A stretch of DNA of 64,000 bases from Catajapyx aquilonaris. Lineage: Eukaryota. Below are positions 50,901 through 64,000 of this stretch, in pieces. The position numbers were made by a program, and so were the translations under genes. Each line of letters opens with the position of its first letter. Position 1 is the stretch's first letter. The notes under the pieces were generated by a model. It was given only the letters and a program-made list of their open reading frames with translations, ran no database searches and was not told the origin of the DNA. The stretch is taken from the NCBI GenBank assembly GCA_000934665.2, contig KZ538133.1, positions 1 to 64,000 on the forward strand. Reading direction: 5' to 3'.

Positions 50901-52876
50901 GACACAAAGTGGGCGGCCATTTTGTATCCAAAGATATGTCTCAAGACCAAACCAATGGCACGAAATTACCAGGAAAATGGGTTGTTTCCTAGCCAACTCT
51001 GCATAATAAGGCAGAATATTAATGAAGTCGCTTGCAAAATACCAGACTCAATTTCGGTTTAAGGCAACTGTTGGCCTGTGTTAACGACCGGTTTTCTTCT
51101 AGAACCGAAAAATATATCCAGCTGAAGGAGGTCCCTCGACAGTTGAATTTAATGTCCCTTTCCCTAATGTGACTTTGGGATTCTGTCCAAGAAATATATC
51201 CCAGGACTCCCTAACCTCCTCTTCACCATGGCAACCATGGTGCTTCTTAGGGGGTTGGGAGCGAAAGGAAGAATCGAATCCCCCCCATCCCTTCCTTTTG
51301 AATTGGTAATAAAGAAGAGAGGAGGGTAGGAGGAAGGGGGAGAAGAAGCAGGGAGTAGGAGGACAGATCGGAATGTGTATGCTCCACATGCTGTTGGCAG
51401 GAGGACACAATGTCCTTTGTACTCTCTTCCAGGTCAAACAGACTTGTCGCTTATCGACTTTGTGCAAATCCTAGCACTCCCCAAGTCAGTAACTGCGTTT
51501 AGCCAATTGGATCTATACTAAGGGGTGTGGTTGACTTTGAAAGCAGGAAGTTCTATCGGCTCATACTTATCACACGGTTTGAATAGGGTTGGAAAATAGT
51601 CCAAATCGCGTCGATTTGAAAATGTTGCCATATTGTGGCAAAAACCTCGCCTATAATCTGGACAAATATTTTGCAAATATTCAGTGCAATGCTTAAACCA
51701 AACTCGTTAAAAATATACAAGTTCCTTCATATAGTCAATAACAAAAGCGCACAAAATTTTACCGCGACATCGGGAAAAAAAATCCAGTTATTTTCCTCTC
51801 CCTTATAGCACTAGTTGAGGCACAATTGGGAAATAAAAAAATACCGCCGGAAAATTGATTTCTTCCAAAACTGTTGGGATTCACTCATCCTTGAAAATTT
51901 GGACCAAATGTTCCTGAAAATTGTTTTTTATCCCTGAAGAATACTGACTTATTTATAAGGGTTCGGACTTATTCATCATGGTTTCAGACCCATGTCTTTC
52001 ATCTCCCTCCAGAAGCCTTTCTATTCTTAGTTGCTGGGAAGCTCACTGACCTGTGAGTGTTTCAAGCTATTCCTTTCAGGAATGTATACACATAGTTGCC
52101 GAAAACTTTAAGAAACTCAAGTCTCTCGAATGTAGATCAGAAGCTTTTGCAAGGCTACCCTCAGGCATCTACATGCACCGCAAATATTTATTCATTAGTA
52201 GCTTCCACCACATTATTAACTCCCGACTCACCTGCAGGCCCTGCATGAATTTTGTATTACCACACCTTATTTATTCTAATTAAGGTGCATATTGATAATT
52301 TTTTTACGTCCCTTAAGCGCACTAGCCTCTGGCACTATAAAGTCAGTCCCCAGCACAATGGTAAAGAGCAGAAAAGTGTGCTTCAGCTCACAAGCTATTT
52401 CCCAGCAGCCATTTGGGCTGGCGAGGATGATTGAAGCCAGCACTTTCACGCTTTTTTGTGTGTCAAATGTGTGTTGCCAATCGCCATTCCAGGCCTTCGC
52501 CTCTGGGGGGGGGGGGGGGGGGGGGGNTGCCATCACCCAACACCCACTTGCCTCTCACCCGCCGCACGGTTCCACTTTTATGACGCTACCCATGAACGAT
52601 CTATCTCTATTCGGTCTCAAAACTGCGTTTCCTTCCGAAGAATATTGCGCAAACAGTACGCCGTACCCAGGCGATAACTACGTTTGCATTGCCCTACAAA
52701 AGGCGGCGGATTGTAAAGTGGGGAGTAAATAGAGGTGCTATTACTACCTGGATATGCTAAAGAGTGCTAAAGAGGCGTAGCAATTAACTTACAGTATTCA
52801 TCATATTCAAGCATCTAATATTTGACAACTTCAGTGCAATTTCTATTTGTTCTTAAAATAGTGGGTTGCACGATTA

Positions 52877-52964
52877 GGTTGATGTAAGGTAAGATTGTAA
52901 GGTAAGGTTGATGTACGGTAAGATTGAAAGGTAAAGTTGATGTAAGGTAAGGTTGATATAAGGT
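52877..52964. repeat. Short minisatellite (~29-bp unit GGTTGATGTAAGGTAAGATTGTAAGGTAA)
   Basis: Two full degenerate copies followed by two partial copies. Confidence 0.85.
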
Positions 52965-55900
52965 ATGACTGTGGGTAAAGTAGAGGGTAAATATTGGAAA
53001 ACCGATATCAAAGAGAAATCCCTGAGTGGTCGGTCTGCAACCACTGTGACACCACTGAAAACCGGCGACTGCCCAGGCTTTGACAATGATGCATCGCTAC
53101 TGGTGAACACCAAAAAAACAGATGAAATTCGGTATGGTAGTACATCGACAACAGCATAGTTATCAACTACTATATAGATATGCTCCTTTTGTCAATATGT
53201 CAATATCCAGGCGCCATCTGACGAATATCCGGGTCGTCATAAAGATGACCGTATAACCTCTCGGCCCTGACCCCATTCACCCGGAACTGACACGTGTAGA
53301 CTTCAGGACCAATCGACCATCCGGTGTGGGAGGAGACATAATCCGGAATAGGATTCCACCGTCCATGTCTGTTCGCTTTCCTTTCGGTTTGGTTACCTCT
53401 CGCGACTTCCGGATGGATCCCTGTCCCCGGAGACATTTCCGGGCCTCCAAAAGGATCTTCTCCTTCCTCCAAAATTTTTTCTTCTTCTTCTTTTCTCCAG
53501 GTCCGATCCCTAGAGGCGTAGGGGGGATGATGCTGCCTCATCTGGCCCGACTCTTTTAAGAGCAAGGGCCTGAGACTCGCCCTCCGGATAAATAAAATAA
53601 AAAAAGGAGACGAAAGAGAAGTAAAATCCGACTCATCCGACCGAAAGAGAAATCCCATCGCGTTGCCAACATCTACTCGGGGCAAATCTCTTTCGCACTT
53701 CAAAACAACTTTTCAGCAAGCCAACACCTGCATTCACTATCTCCAAAAAGGATACGCCGGAGCCATTTTCCTGCTGTCAAAAACATGGCTGCTGACATTA
53801 TGTATGGGCTTTTACAAAATGGAAGATAAGGTTGAATGCGGTTTTAATTAGGGAGTCATAATATTATTTACTGGGGTTGGAAATGGGTGGAAAACAGGCT
53901 CGGAATGGTTCGGAATTATTCGGCTCGTTTTTTTAAAGCACAAAATTTAATTGTAGTAAAATAATTAGATGCTCCGCCTACTCTGGATTGACCAAAGGTA
54001 GGCCACTACATGCATAATCTCGCTACCAGCACCAGAGGTTTTTTAAAAAAAAGTTGGACCACAGATTGTGGTCAGTGGAATGCACTCCCAGGGGGCGAAT
54101 CACCCAGTGTGGAGTGCACAATTATGTTACTATGATTACATCACTACTGGCTTTGCTAACTCGCCCAACTACAAGTTGCCTTAATTTTATGCTTTGGAGG
54201 CATGCCGCTGGGGCATGGGATTTTTTTTTCGGCGTATAAAGGGGGAAAGGCGTAGTTTTGCCTTGGGCTAAGCTCATGTCAACAATGTTTGACTTGGAAG
54301 AGGAGTGACAGCATCATCAGGCCACAGGATGGTATTTCCAGTCGCAATTAAGCAAAAACGGGGGATTTTCTAGAGATTACTGCAATTTCCAAAATTGCCT
54401 TCATATGCTATATCTTCAAAAAATGTTCCTAGACCTCGATCACTTGACCGCAAAATTTTAGCAAAATGTTCCTCCCCCTTTGCTATGTACACGTGCAAGT
54501 TTCATGCTAATTTGCAGAAAGCCAACCGAGTAATTAGCAATCGGGCGAGACCAAGCCAAACACGATGAATAACCGAGTGCGGAAACAAAGAAAGCTATCA
54601 GCTAACCAAACATGGCTTCCCCGGAATTCCATTTGCTTGTCCGAGAGGCAGAGGGGGAAAGATGGACGCCTTGGGGCAATGCCGCTCGGCTGGCAGCACG
54701 TGACCTTTCCGAGTCCACCCAATTCGATAGCTCATCATCATCGTCCATGGATCCATCCAACAAGTTCTCCCCCTATTTCCCCCATATACCTATACCAACC
54801 TATCGATTGCATGCAGCGTGTCTGTCTGTCTGACTCAATGACTGAATGTCATGAACACGAACCGGATGAAACGCGAATTTTTTTGTATGTCTCATCTCAA
54901 TTGATTATCATTAATGAAAGTGGTTTCCGGAATGGTATTTACACTGCGCATTTATGTTCGTGGGTCACGATCCTACAGATGTGGTGGAAAGGTCAAACTG
55001 ATCGTCCTCAGATCGATTGCCATAATCCATACTAATATTGCCAGGAGAAATAGGTACTAAAGAACCCTCAAGGGTGTGTGTCAACAATGTTCAATCTATC
55101 CGTCAATGGATTGTCACAATTGTAGCTTTATTCAACGAGTGTAACTATTTTCTTTTTATGAACAAGTGACCTCTATGTATATATTGGGTTAAGTATCATT
55201 TCGAGTGGAACAATAGCATGAATTTGATCACTGGACCTGTCTATGGCTTCCAACCTCTACACATTCGCATTTGAATAGATGTGTTGCATACTGCAGTTTG
55301 CTCTATTATACCAGCTCCTGCATTGCCACCAGCAGCTTTGTGGATATGTAAAGCCCGTTTCATATATTCCTTACAAAAGCTTCCAATACATTGATAACGA
55401 CGTACTGCCGCGCCCGGCCGCGCCGATTTTACGCCACAGTTAATACACTACCAAAAATTGTAGGCGTCAGAAGCATGCGTACACCTACAAGTACCCCTAG
55501 AGGGCAACTGGTTTCCATCTCTGTTCCAATTAGAGCACAAGTCATCGCCGACAAATCTTGGCGGTGATCCCCTCAAGGCAGAAACTTAGACCACCCCCAT
55601 TCCCTAACAGCCGAATCTATCTTCATCAGAATCGTGAGCCTCCAGAGTTCGCCTTCACTTTGCTCTAACCTCTTACAAATTCGACTCGTTTTCGCAAAGT
55701 TTCCGCCTAGACTCATACTTCCCTTTTAGTTGCCAGGTGAGAGTTTTTTATCCGCTTGCTTTTGGGGAATTCACTCGATAAAGCGGGGCTGGGTGAGACA
55801 CAGAAGGCGGCGCGGCATTCATTTGTGGAAAGGTCTTCATGCGAAATGCGCAAGGTGGGGCTCGACAAATCCATACAAAAAATGTCTGGGGTCGTGAATA

Positions 55901-58900
55901 TTCAAATAGTGTTATGGATGATCCTATTTCATCAATGGGATTTAGCTGATTTTTTTTTCGCGTCTGAAATGACTACCTGTCTCAATGGGTTAATCAATTT
56001 CCTAATTCAGCAGACTGTGTAATTTCGTTCTAGTATCACTTATACAGTGCTATGAATTAGCTGCTAATTTTCGACCCAGTTTATTTCCACGTCTAAAGCA
56101 CCATTAGGGAGTATAAACCTGGAGAAAAAAACTTTTAAAAATGAACATAATATGCTCTAGTGCATGACTAACGCGCTAAAATTCGCAAAAAATGTGATAC
56201 CGTGAAAAATGCAAATTACCCTGGCAGCAGATATTTTACATCACATGCACTCGCAGAGCAGAACAGCGTTACATTTTATGAAGCTACATCTATTGATCTG
56301 TAAAATGCGGCAAAGCCTCGTTATTCACTGGCCATATTGAAAAAGTCTTTTTATTTCAGCGTTTTTGAGTGCTCATTCTGGAGATATGACCTAGCCCGCT
56401 ACAAAAAGCTCGTGTCCGAATTATTGGCAAAAAAAACAGTAGCCCTTGAAGTTTTTCCTCCTGAAAAGTTACAATTCGTAATAATATTAATTACCAGCGG
56501 CATTACATGTCATTCCAAGGCGGTGAGGTCACTCGTCCAAAAAATACATGCCACAAAATTTAGGTGCAAAAAGGCAAGCACAGTCGCCTCCTATTAGAGG
56601 CATATTAGAGCAAAAGTAGATTAGAGAACACCGTCCTGACACACCCGCCATACCCAGACTCCTCTATGGACTCCTGAATTTCCCCGGTCCCCATCCTGCC
56701 CCGTCAAACAGAATTAAAGGTATAGTCATGCATGCCAACATGATTATAAATTTGCGGGAGTGCGCAAGAGCCCTAAGACAATGTTCGCAAATCAATGCTC
56801 ACCAGTGAACGCCAATGCGCGCTTCAAATGAACCTGCCCATTTGCATGCCACGGCTGGGAATATGCAATCAACTCATGTTGTACATGACAATTCCAGTAG
56901 ATTCATTTCTGGTCCAGTGAGACATCACAAGACATTTTGTCCACATACAGTGGCAAGACCCTGAGAGACCATCTATGAACGACATATAGGGCATTTGTTT
57001 TTGCAAGAGTTATAAGTTCTTTAAGAACTGGCTAGTGCAACTTAGTGAATGGTCCTCGTAATATGGCGCCTAGAAGAGTCGCTGGCTAAGGGGGAGGCGG
57101 AAGAGAGTTGGTAGGGGGGTTCTTTAATTGGGCCATTTAATCCATCTCCTGGCTCGCCTTCTTGTGTCGATTCAGCAGATTGCAGGACTCCCAAGAAAAG
57201 AGGACAAGGCGGAGAGTTTTCCTTTTTCGGTCTATCTCCGTAAAAGGAGCTTGATGGCGGCAGACAAATTGGGTGATCAGCACGAACTGCCCTCTCTTTT
57301 TTCTCCTTCTACTTTCCCCTCTTTCTTGAAAGTAGGAGTAGGAGGGGAGGGTCACGCCCATTTGCTACGGAAAAACCCCAAACACGCCCGTGTAGTTAGT
57401 GGCTCGATCGCAATCCAATGCATTTAGTCAGATGGACCAGGCCCAGATTGCTTCACATATTGGCACGTCTTACGTTGTAAAGTCAACCTGAGGAAGCCCA
57501 ATCTGCTATGACATCTCCCTGAAACCTGTGAAGTTGGACCATTTCCGTTAGCGTCCAACATAGACAGGTTTCACTGTTTAGCCAAGAGATGGCGTGGATG
57601 CTGGGGGAGGCTATAGAAGTTGTAGTTAGTCGTGATGCAGCCTATTGGCTATTGGCTGGTGGTGTTATTACACCAAGTTCATTTGGCTTTCCTACGGTCC
57701 ACGATCAAAAGACGGGTTCCAAACACATCGTACAGCGCTCAGCAAGTATCAGATCAAAGTGGCGGCTCAATTATTCAGCCAACGGCGGCTGAGGATGGCC
57801 AGTACACCCTGAGGACCTCCTTTTGAATGTCGGCTCCAGCGCGTTTGCCAACGAGCGACTCCATATTGTTCCCTGATTCCCCGGAATTCTAATCTGAGCC
57901 TGGGAAAGTGCCGAGTTCCTATCGAGCCCGTAAAAGAGAGATATACGCAGATTGAAAAGGTAGTTATGGATGTGCCGATCGTGGAAAGAGCTAGCTAGCA
58001 GTGCTGGTGAGTGGAACCGAGCAAATCCTGCTAAGTGCTGGGCTTGTCATCCATCACGTGACCCCTCCTCTTCTCTCCGGATTCTCCCCCTACAAGAAAC
58101 TTTGGGGGGCGACGCTCATTTTCCGCGAATTCCCGCCGTGTAATTACTCCAAAAGTGGGGAGAAGCACAAGTTTCTCGGCTTCGAAGCTAACCACCTAGG
58201 ATCCGGAAAACAGGCACAATAGATGTGCTTCTCTGGAAGATGACTTTTCACGTTCCCTTTCCCATATATACTACCAGAGGCCCCTCCTTCCTCTTCCTAT
58301 TCCAGCAGCCTTTGCTAGAAAGCTGGAAGGAGATAAGAGCCTTTTCTGGGTTTCCGGGAGGAAGCTCTTGCTCCGGAATAAATTATCTCAATTTCATTAT
58401 GTGCACTTCAAGCCTTATCGAAAAAACCTAGGGTGCAAAGTAAGAAGACAAGTTTGTTGGAGAACTGATCGACTTCGAAGGCAATGTAACTTACCTCCTT
58501 TTGCAGGGGGTGCAACAAAGGGATATTGCTAGGGGATCCCATGGGTGCATAGGGTGTGGAATAAGTAACCGACAAACTTGAAGGAGAGATTCGTGTAATC
58601 TCCATATTAAAAATTTAGAAATTTAAATTCTGTAACACTGTAGTATGTAAAATTTATGATCTCTAAAATGACCAGTAAAAGTTCTCGTTCTCTCAGTCCG
58701 TAGTGTACTGTGCTATAATAAAATTAACACGGAAATGGGGTTATGCTAGGCAAAGCCTCTGAGCTGTCACAATAGCGCCGCAAATGCACTTTGCATAATT
58801 ATTACAATTATTAATTTATTATCAGCGGATCCCTACAGAGATCGCTGTAACACATCGTTTTTGCACATGTGCTGATAACGCGTTACATTACGTGACAGGT

Positions 58901-60169
58901 AATTACTAGGTAATAATGATATTATTATACATAATATATATTATTGTACCAATTGCCTAGTAATTAGTATATAGCCTCGTTCAGCAACCATTTGATGGTT
59001 CAACATACTCACAAAGACATTGTTGTTGTCCTTAACTTCACGTGGCCCATCCCAACCGTTTTGAGAATGCAGTTCAGAAAGCATTTTACGACATTTTTTT
59101 TTACACCACCACACTACTTTATCAGCAAAAAACAAGCACGACTCTGGCTCTCTGGGCATGACTAACGGTAGAAAAATACGTCCCGCTATAGGCTAAACTT
59201 TGCGCCAAGAATCTCCGATGTTCCCAGCAGATATTAAAGCTAGAGAGGAAAGTCAAGTCGACCTATCTCCTTAACATTTTGCACTAAGTGGCCGGCTGGT
59301 TTAAAAAGAAAGAGAAAAAGAAGAAAGTCCTTCAAGAGTCTGCGGTAGGATTTCTTGGGGGCTGGTTTGGCTGCTTCGGCTCCTTTGCTCCTCTTGTGTT
59401 GATGACACAAAGGGCACACTTTAATCTGATCAGGAGAAAAGCAGCGCTTCATTTTGCCAATATTCTTTCTCGCGGAACAGTAAGCACACTTCCAGAGGAT
59501 GCTTGTTTCAAACTTGGCAGAGGGGGATGCAATGCACAATTTGTAGTGGCTCAAGGGGCAAAGTGAAAAGAAGTGTATATCTCAATTTTTTGAGAGTCGG
59601 AATTATACTGAAAGCCTGGTTCATTTGTAAAGCTATACTCGTTGGTAAATTTTTTATGAGACATACCAGGGTCCTAATCACGTTGGTTTGTGGCCAGTGT
59701 CACGAGACCTACTACTCATATGTAGTTATAAACACATTATGTAACATGGCTAAGTTCATTTTATTTGCACAAACACTATTTTGCCCATATCACAGCAATT
59801 AGCTGAAAACGGTTCAGAAAAGAGCAGAGGGGAATGGTGGATAAATATTTCAACCACATGGCAATGGAGCCAAATAGGCTTAACTTATGCAATGATGTGC
59901 ATGGCTCTGTTTGTATTGCCCAGTGCACAGGGGGACACTGATATAAACTACCCATTGCAACGACCCTAATAATGGAACTAGAAACTATTCCGTACTCCGT
60001 TATATATGGAAGGGAAAACATAATTTAAAGATTGATATCTAGGCTAATGCAAATGCTGACCTAAATCCTATGTGACGCACTATAATTTAAATTATTGGAA
60101 CAACCCGGTCAGGAAATTGGGAAGCCACGCTTTGGTTAATATTTCGCTCGCCACACCTGTCATGTGGTC

Positions 60170-60507
60170 CATGCACACAAAATGTTCTGCACTGATGATT
60201 AAAAATTCATTGCAGCAAAAAATGCGATAGGACTCATATACCAGTCCAGGCATCTATGGCAGAAAATTTCTTTCCACATAACAGTAATAACAAAAATAAT
60301 TCTATAGGCCACATTTCCTGCATGCTCCACTGCTTCTGTTCCTGACCGCGTAGAGAAGCCTCGAAAATTAAATATTACCTGGCCTAAGCCTATTATCATA
60401 AGTTCACCTAAGAGCTCCAGGGACTTTGCCAGTGTTGAAGTTCCCACCAGTTCTCTAACTCCAACAGCACCATCTTCTCTATAGGCTAGTGAGTCTAAAC
60501 TTACCAT
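60170..60507 (-). mobile_element. Possible decayed CRE/NeSL-like non-LTR reverse transcriptase fragment
   Basis: EDGAVGVRELVGTSTLAK (cf. KDGGVRPIAVGxTLRRL), GFSTRSGTEAVEHA (cf. GFGxxGGxEAAVHA), WYMSPIAFF and IISAE occur in RT order. Highly degenerate. Confidence 0.3.
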
Positions 60508-62769
60508 CCCAGCATCTCTATTTTACTCAATATTGTTTCAACCCCACACTCTATTAATGTCCATCAATCCGCGAAACCCAGTGGCATGTTGCATATACCA
60601 CCGCACCATGTTGAAAGGTCCCTAGTACGTCAGTGTGGTCGTACCATGTTCGCACAAGACGCGTGCGTAAAAAGTGGGAATCCGGTCTGTCTGCTCCTTT
60701 CAAACTACATTTGTCCGCACAAGCGACAGCTGAAGACCGGCGACAACAAGGGAGGGGGATTGCAGGGGATGGGGATTTAGGGGAGGAAGAGGGGAGAAGC
60801 TCAGAAGGGGAAGAGCGACAGACATCTGTGCGACGTCTCCAGGCCGAAAGCCACTAGCCGAACAAGCAAAAGAAGGCCCAAAGAAGACTCAGACCAAAAT
60901 CCTGACAAACGAGCCCAGTATTTTTTGGGGACTCTGGTCTGGGCGGCAGACATTCTCTTCTCGCCACGGAAACTGAGCCCCATCTATAAGGAGCTAAGAA
61001 GGACATTGGCAACATAAGGAGGATCAAAGTCGTATTAATCATATACTTATTTGCACTGTGCTGCTGGTGTTGTACCCATTCGCCCATGGCCATGTTTCTA
61101 CTACATTCATGGAATCCTCTATCCAACTTTCTACTGTAAATTCATGAAAATTCTATAGTCTGCAGGTCATAATCAGCAGTGAACCTAAAAACATTGGCTG
61201 GATGCAAAATGGCCCTGGGTGTTGAGTGTGTCTGGGAGTGAGGAGCTAATAAAGGTTCTAAGTTGCAAGCAAGTTGATCGCGGTTTAATATTAGTCTCTC
61301 AGATGATAGGGATCAGGGGATGGAGGGGGGAAAGGGGAAGAGGGGAAACGTGTACCACCAGGACCCTGTAATATCGCATCAAGTGGGGGATTGTCAATCA
61401 GACGCAGCACACAGCCTCCCCAGATGCTTAATTGGAAATTCCATCCTCTATTGTGTCATGTTCCGAATAGACTTGACTTGTCCAGGATCACGTGTCAACG
61501 GCAGCCATCTTTTTGTAGGGTCGCATTTCACAATTTTCATTTCATTAAAAACTCAGGAGCAAAAATTTTTAGCTCGGGTTGCGCTTTTTTTAAAAAAAAT
61601 CAGGGGGATCATGGCTCCGATATTGGACGTTTTTTTACTGGTTAAACGATCCCAAGTGTAGGGGAAGTGTGAAAATTATTTTTAAAAATTGTTCCGCATA
61701 CTAGCGGTTTAATTAAAATATCTGGTACAAAAAACGGGATGATTAAAAAGCGGAGCGTGGGATTAATTCTCATTTGGCCTCAAAACCCGCGATATAAAAA
61801 GGTATAAAGTTTTATAGAAGATGTACAAAAGTGGCTATTTTTTCGTACATATCCGGCCGTTATTAAAAATCCAGAATGTAATAAATACCAGACATGAACA
61901 GGGTGAAGCACCGCAAGCCATAATATTCCAGCAATATCAGCTCCTATATTTTTGCATATATAATGCGACGAACCAGAAACAAATCAGAATTAAAACCGGA
62001 TCTATACGATCGTCCCTAATATAAGGTAAGCAACTTGATTCGTGTCTGTTGAATGGTGGTCGTTCAGGTTCGAAGGGTCGATCCGACATGCTCATTAGTG
62101 GTGCTGGGATGTAGGTGGGACAATTCTGAATTCGTAGAATCCACTGAGCTGAATTTGGAATGAGGATCCAGTCTATATATCTGGGTATCAGGACTATGAT
62201 CTTCGCTAGATTCGCGAATTTTGAATAGAAGAGGAAGAGGCGATCACGTTTATGAGGATAATGATTATATCACTATCAGTTTCGGTACATCTGGTTATAA
62301 GGATTTTCTCCCAATATTTTGTAAAGCGATGTAAAACCTGTGTCGATCGTTAATCAGATTTGAAAGCAATTTGGGACCTAACACACATTTAATTGTGGTA
62401 TAAACTCCCGGACGAAATTGTCAAATATTTCATATCCGCATCAGCTGGTGATTCAAAGAATAACCATCAAAAGTTTTCAAAGGAGAAAAAATTGCTTTCC
62501 AGAATATGTTTCCTGCTTCTCCGATAAAAAAATTCGCGCTCAGAGTTTCACAATGTACAAATATTGTTTCCTTAACCCATAAACCCGACTTCAGGAAATT
62601 GCATTATTGGATGCATTACCAGTCACTCAGAGTTCAAAGGTCATAAGAGACATTACATTTTTTATACAAACCCCCTCAGGGAAATACATTTCGCCCTCCC
62701 CCCCCCTCTTCGCAGTTACAGTTGCCGGATGATGATGAAAGGAGTTTCCGGGCCCGCATTGAGTTACAT

Positions 62770-63135
62770 GGGGCTCCAAGTGACGTAATAGGACCTCCCC
62801 CTCCTCCCCTCCCCCTCCACGAGTTTATAGTCTATTGAAAGGCAACCGCCTATGAAATTGAATGCTCCCATCGATCGCCTGCGGGCCTGCCTTTGCGCCG
62901 CAAAGTTCCGCTTTCACAAGCTCCTTTCGGGCCCCCGCATTTCCGGAGGGAAAAACCGGGGAACCCCCCGAAGCAATCGTGTGACGTCATGCGCACATAT
63001 GATGACCCATAGGTTGCCCATAGGCCTAGAGGCGCTGAAGGTTTCTGAGTAAGAAATAGCTGACATTGTGATGCGGGAGACCACGAGGCTTGGGGTTAAA
63101 TATGGCGGGGGTGTAACAAAGGGGGGCGGGGGGGT
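62770..63135. promoter_or_regulatory. GC-rich promoter/enhancer-like patch
   Basis: TGACGTAA (62781), full CRE TGACGTCA (62982-62989), GC box GGGGCGGGG (~63123), and TATAAA on the minus strand at ~62829. Confidence 0.3.
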
Positions 63136-64000
63136 GTCAAGTTATGGCTGGATTGCGCCGGATTAGTGTAGATACGCATACTTCGCGGGGCTGAATTTTA
63201 ATTAAGCTACCCGAATTGTTTGGGAGAATGTGAGTGTTGTTCGCGCCATAGGACGACGTTTAGTGGTCGGGTTGGTTGGGAGTTTTTTTTATTTTTTTTG
63301 TAACATGAGAGGGGATGACACACGTTTTGAATTTTTGGGCTTGCTTTCGGAAGTTTGGTGGAATAGTTGGCTCGAAATAGGAGGATTTACGGTAAAAATG
63401 CAGCCGGTCTGTCAACTTGTAGGAATTGTATAGTGTGTATTCGCCAGATTTGTAGTCTGATACGAACATTCTGAGAAATAATTTTACAAAAATACAGTTC
63501 ACATAGTTCTATATAGAGAACATGACAATGTATCAGCATGTCTCATCGGTCGTGACAATTCAATACATTTTGTGTACGACTTCACGTTTTTCAATTCTTA
63601 ATACGATTCTACTGACGTCTTAAGTGAAAAAGAAATATTCGGCGAAATTTATTTTATGCAAACCACAGTGGCCTTCAGAGAGCAAAATGTTTTCCCAAGC
63701 TTACAATGGAGTTCAGTATCCTCTTATAATATACCTATACGTTTATGATGCCATGAGCTCTGATTCCATACTATACACTGGAGAATATTAAACTGACACA
63801 AAAGACAACTTAGCACAGATCTGCACAACATTTCCTTCCTTTCCCACTCTGTTACAAGTAATTTCATCAGTCTAACAGGAGACCTTATACTTTACTGGAC
63901 TCAAAGGGTTATTTGTCTTACCAGCAGATACGAGGGACATTAGCATTTCCAAACATAATTAATTGGGCTTCTCTAACCAAATGTTCCATCCGCCCTATAC

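Noticed and set aside
52877..52964. Tandem repeats as a CRISPR-like array
   Set aside because: No unique spacers and a eukaryotic context; simple minisatellite.
53200..53703. 167-aa minus-strand ORF as a nested gene or missing Dok-7 exon
   Set aside because: Non-ATG start, no recognisable motif, and no match to the expected PH-domain N-terminus.

Overview
Eukaryotic, intron-containing DNA with many ~60-nt introns and GC-rich exons; the gene content looks arthropod, species not determinable. Four protein-coding genes were reconstructed by hand from GT-AG splice sites and reading-frame phase. (1) First coding exon of a BIRC6/Bruce-like gene (- strand, continues off the left edge). (2) A complete 4-exon single-domain globin (- strand, 3328-4662) with the ancestral B12.2 and G7.0 introns plus an extra exon encoding an apparent signal peptide. 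(3) A large radish-type gene (+ strand, ~11-36 kb) encoding a LIM domain split by a ~510-aa PKA-site-rich insert, then RapGAP, a split BTB and a BACK-like region, with candidate alternative first exons. (4) A convergent Dok-7-like PH+PTB adaptor (- strand, 38.6-43.3 kb) whose first exons were not found in the window. Non-coding DNA holds Tc1/mariner and hAT relics, palindromes, decayed LINE fragments and simple repeats. No rRNA, tRNA or CRISPR features were found. The most notable items are the putatively secreted globin and the split-LIM architecture of radish. Gene names rest on my recall of family motifs; no database search was run.
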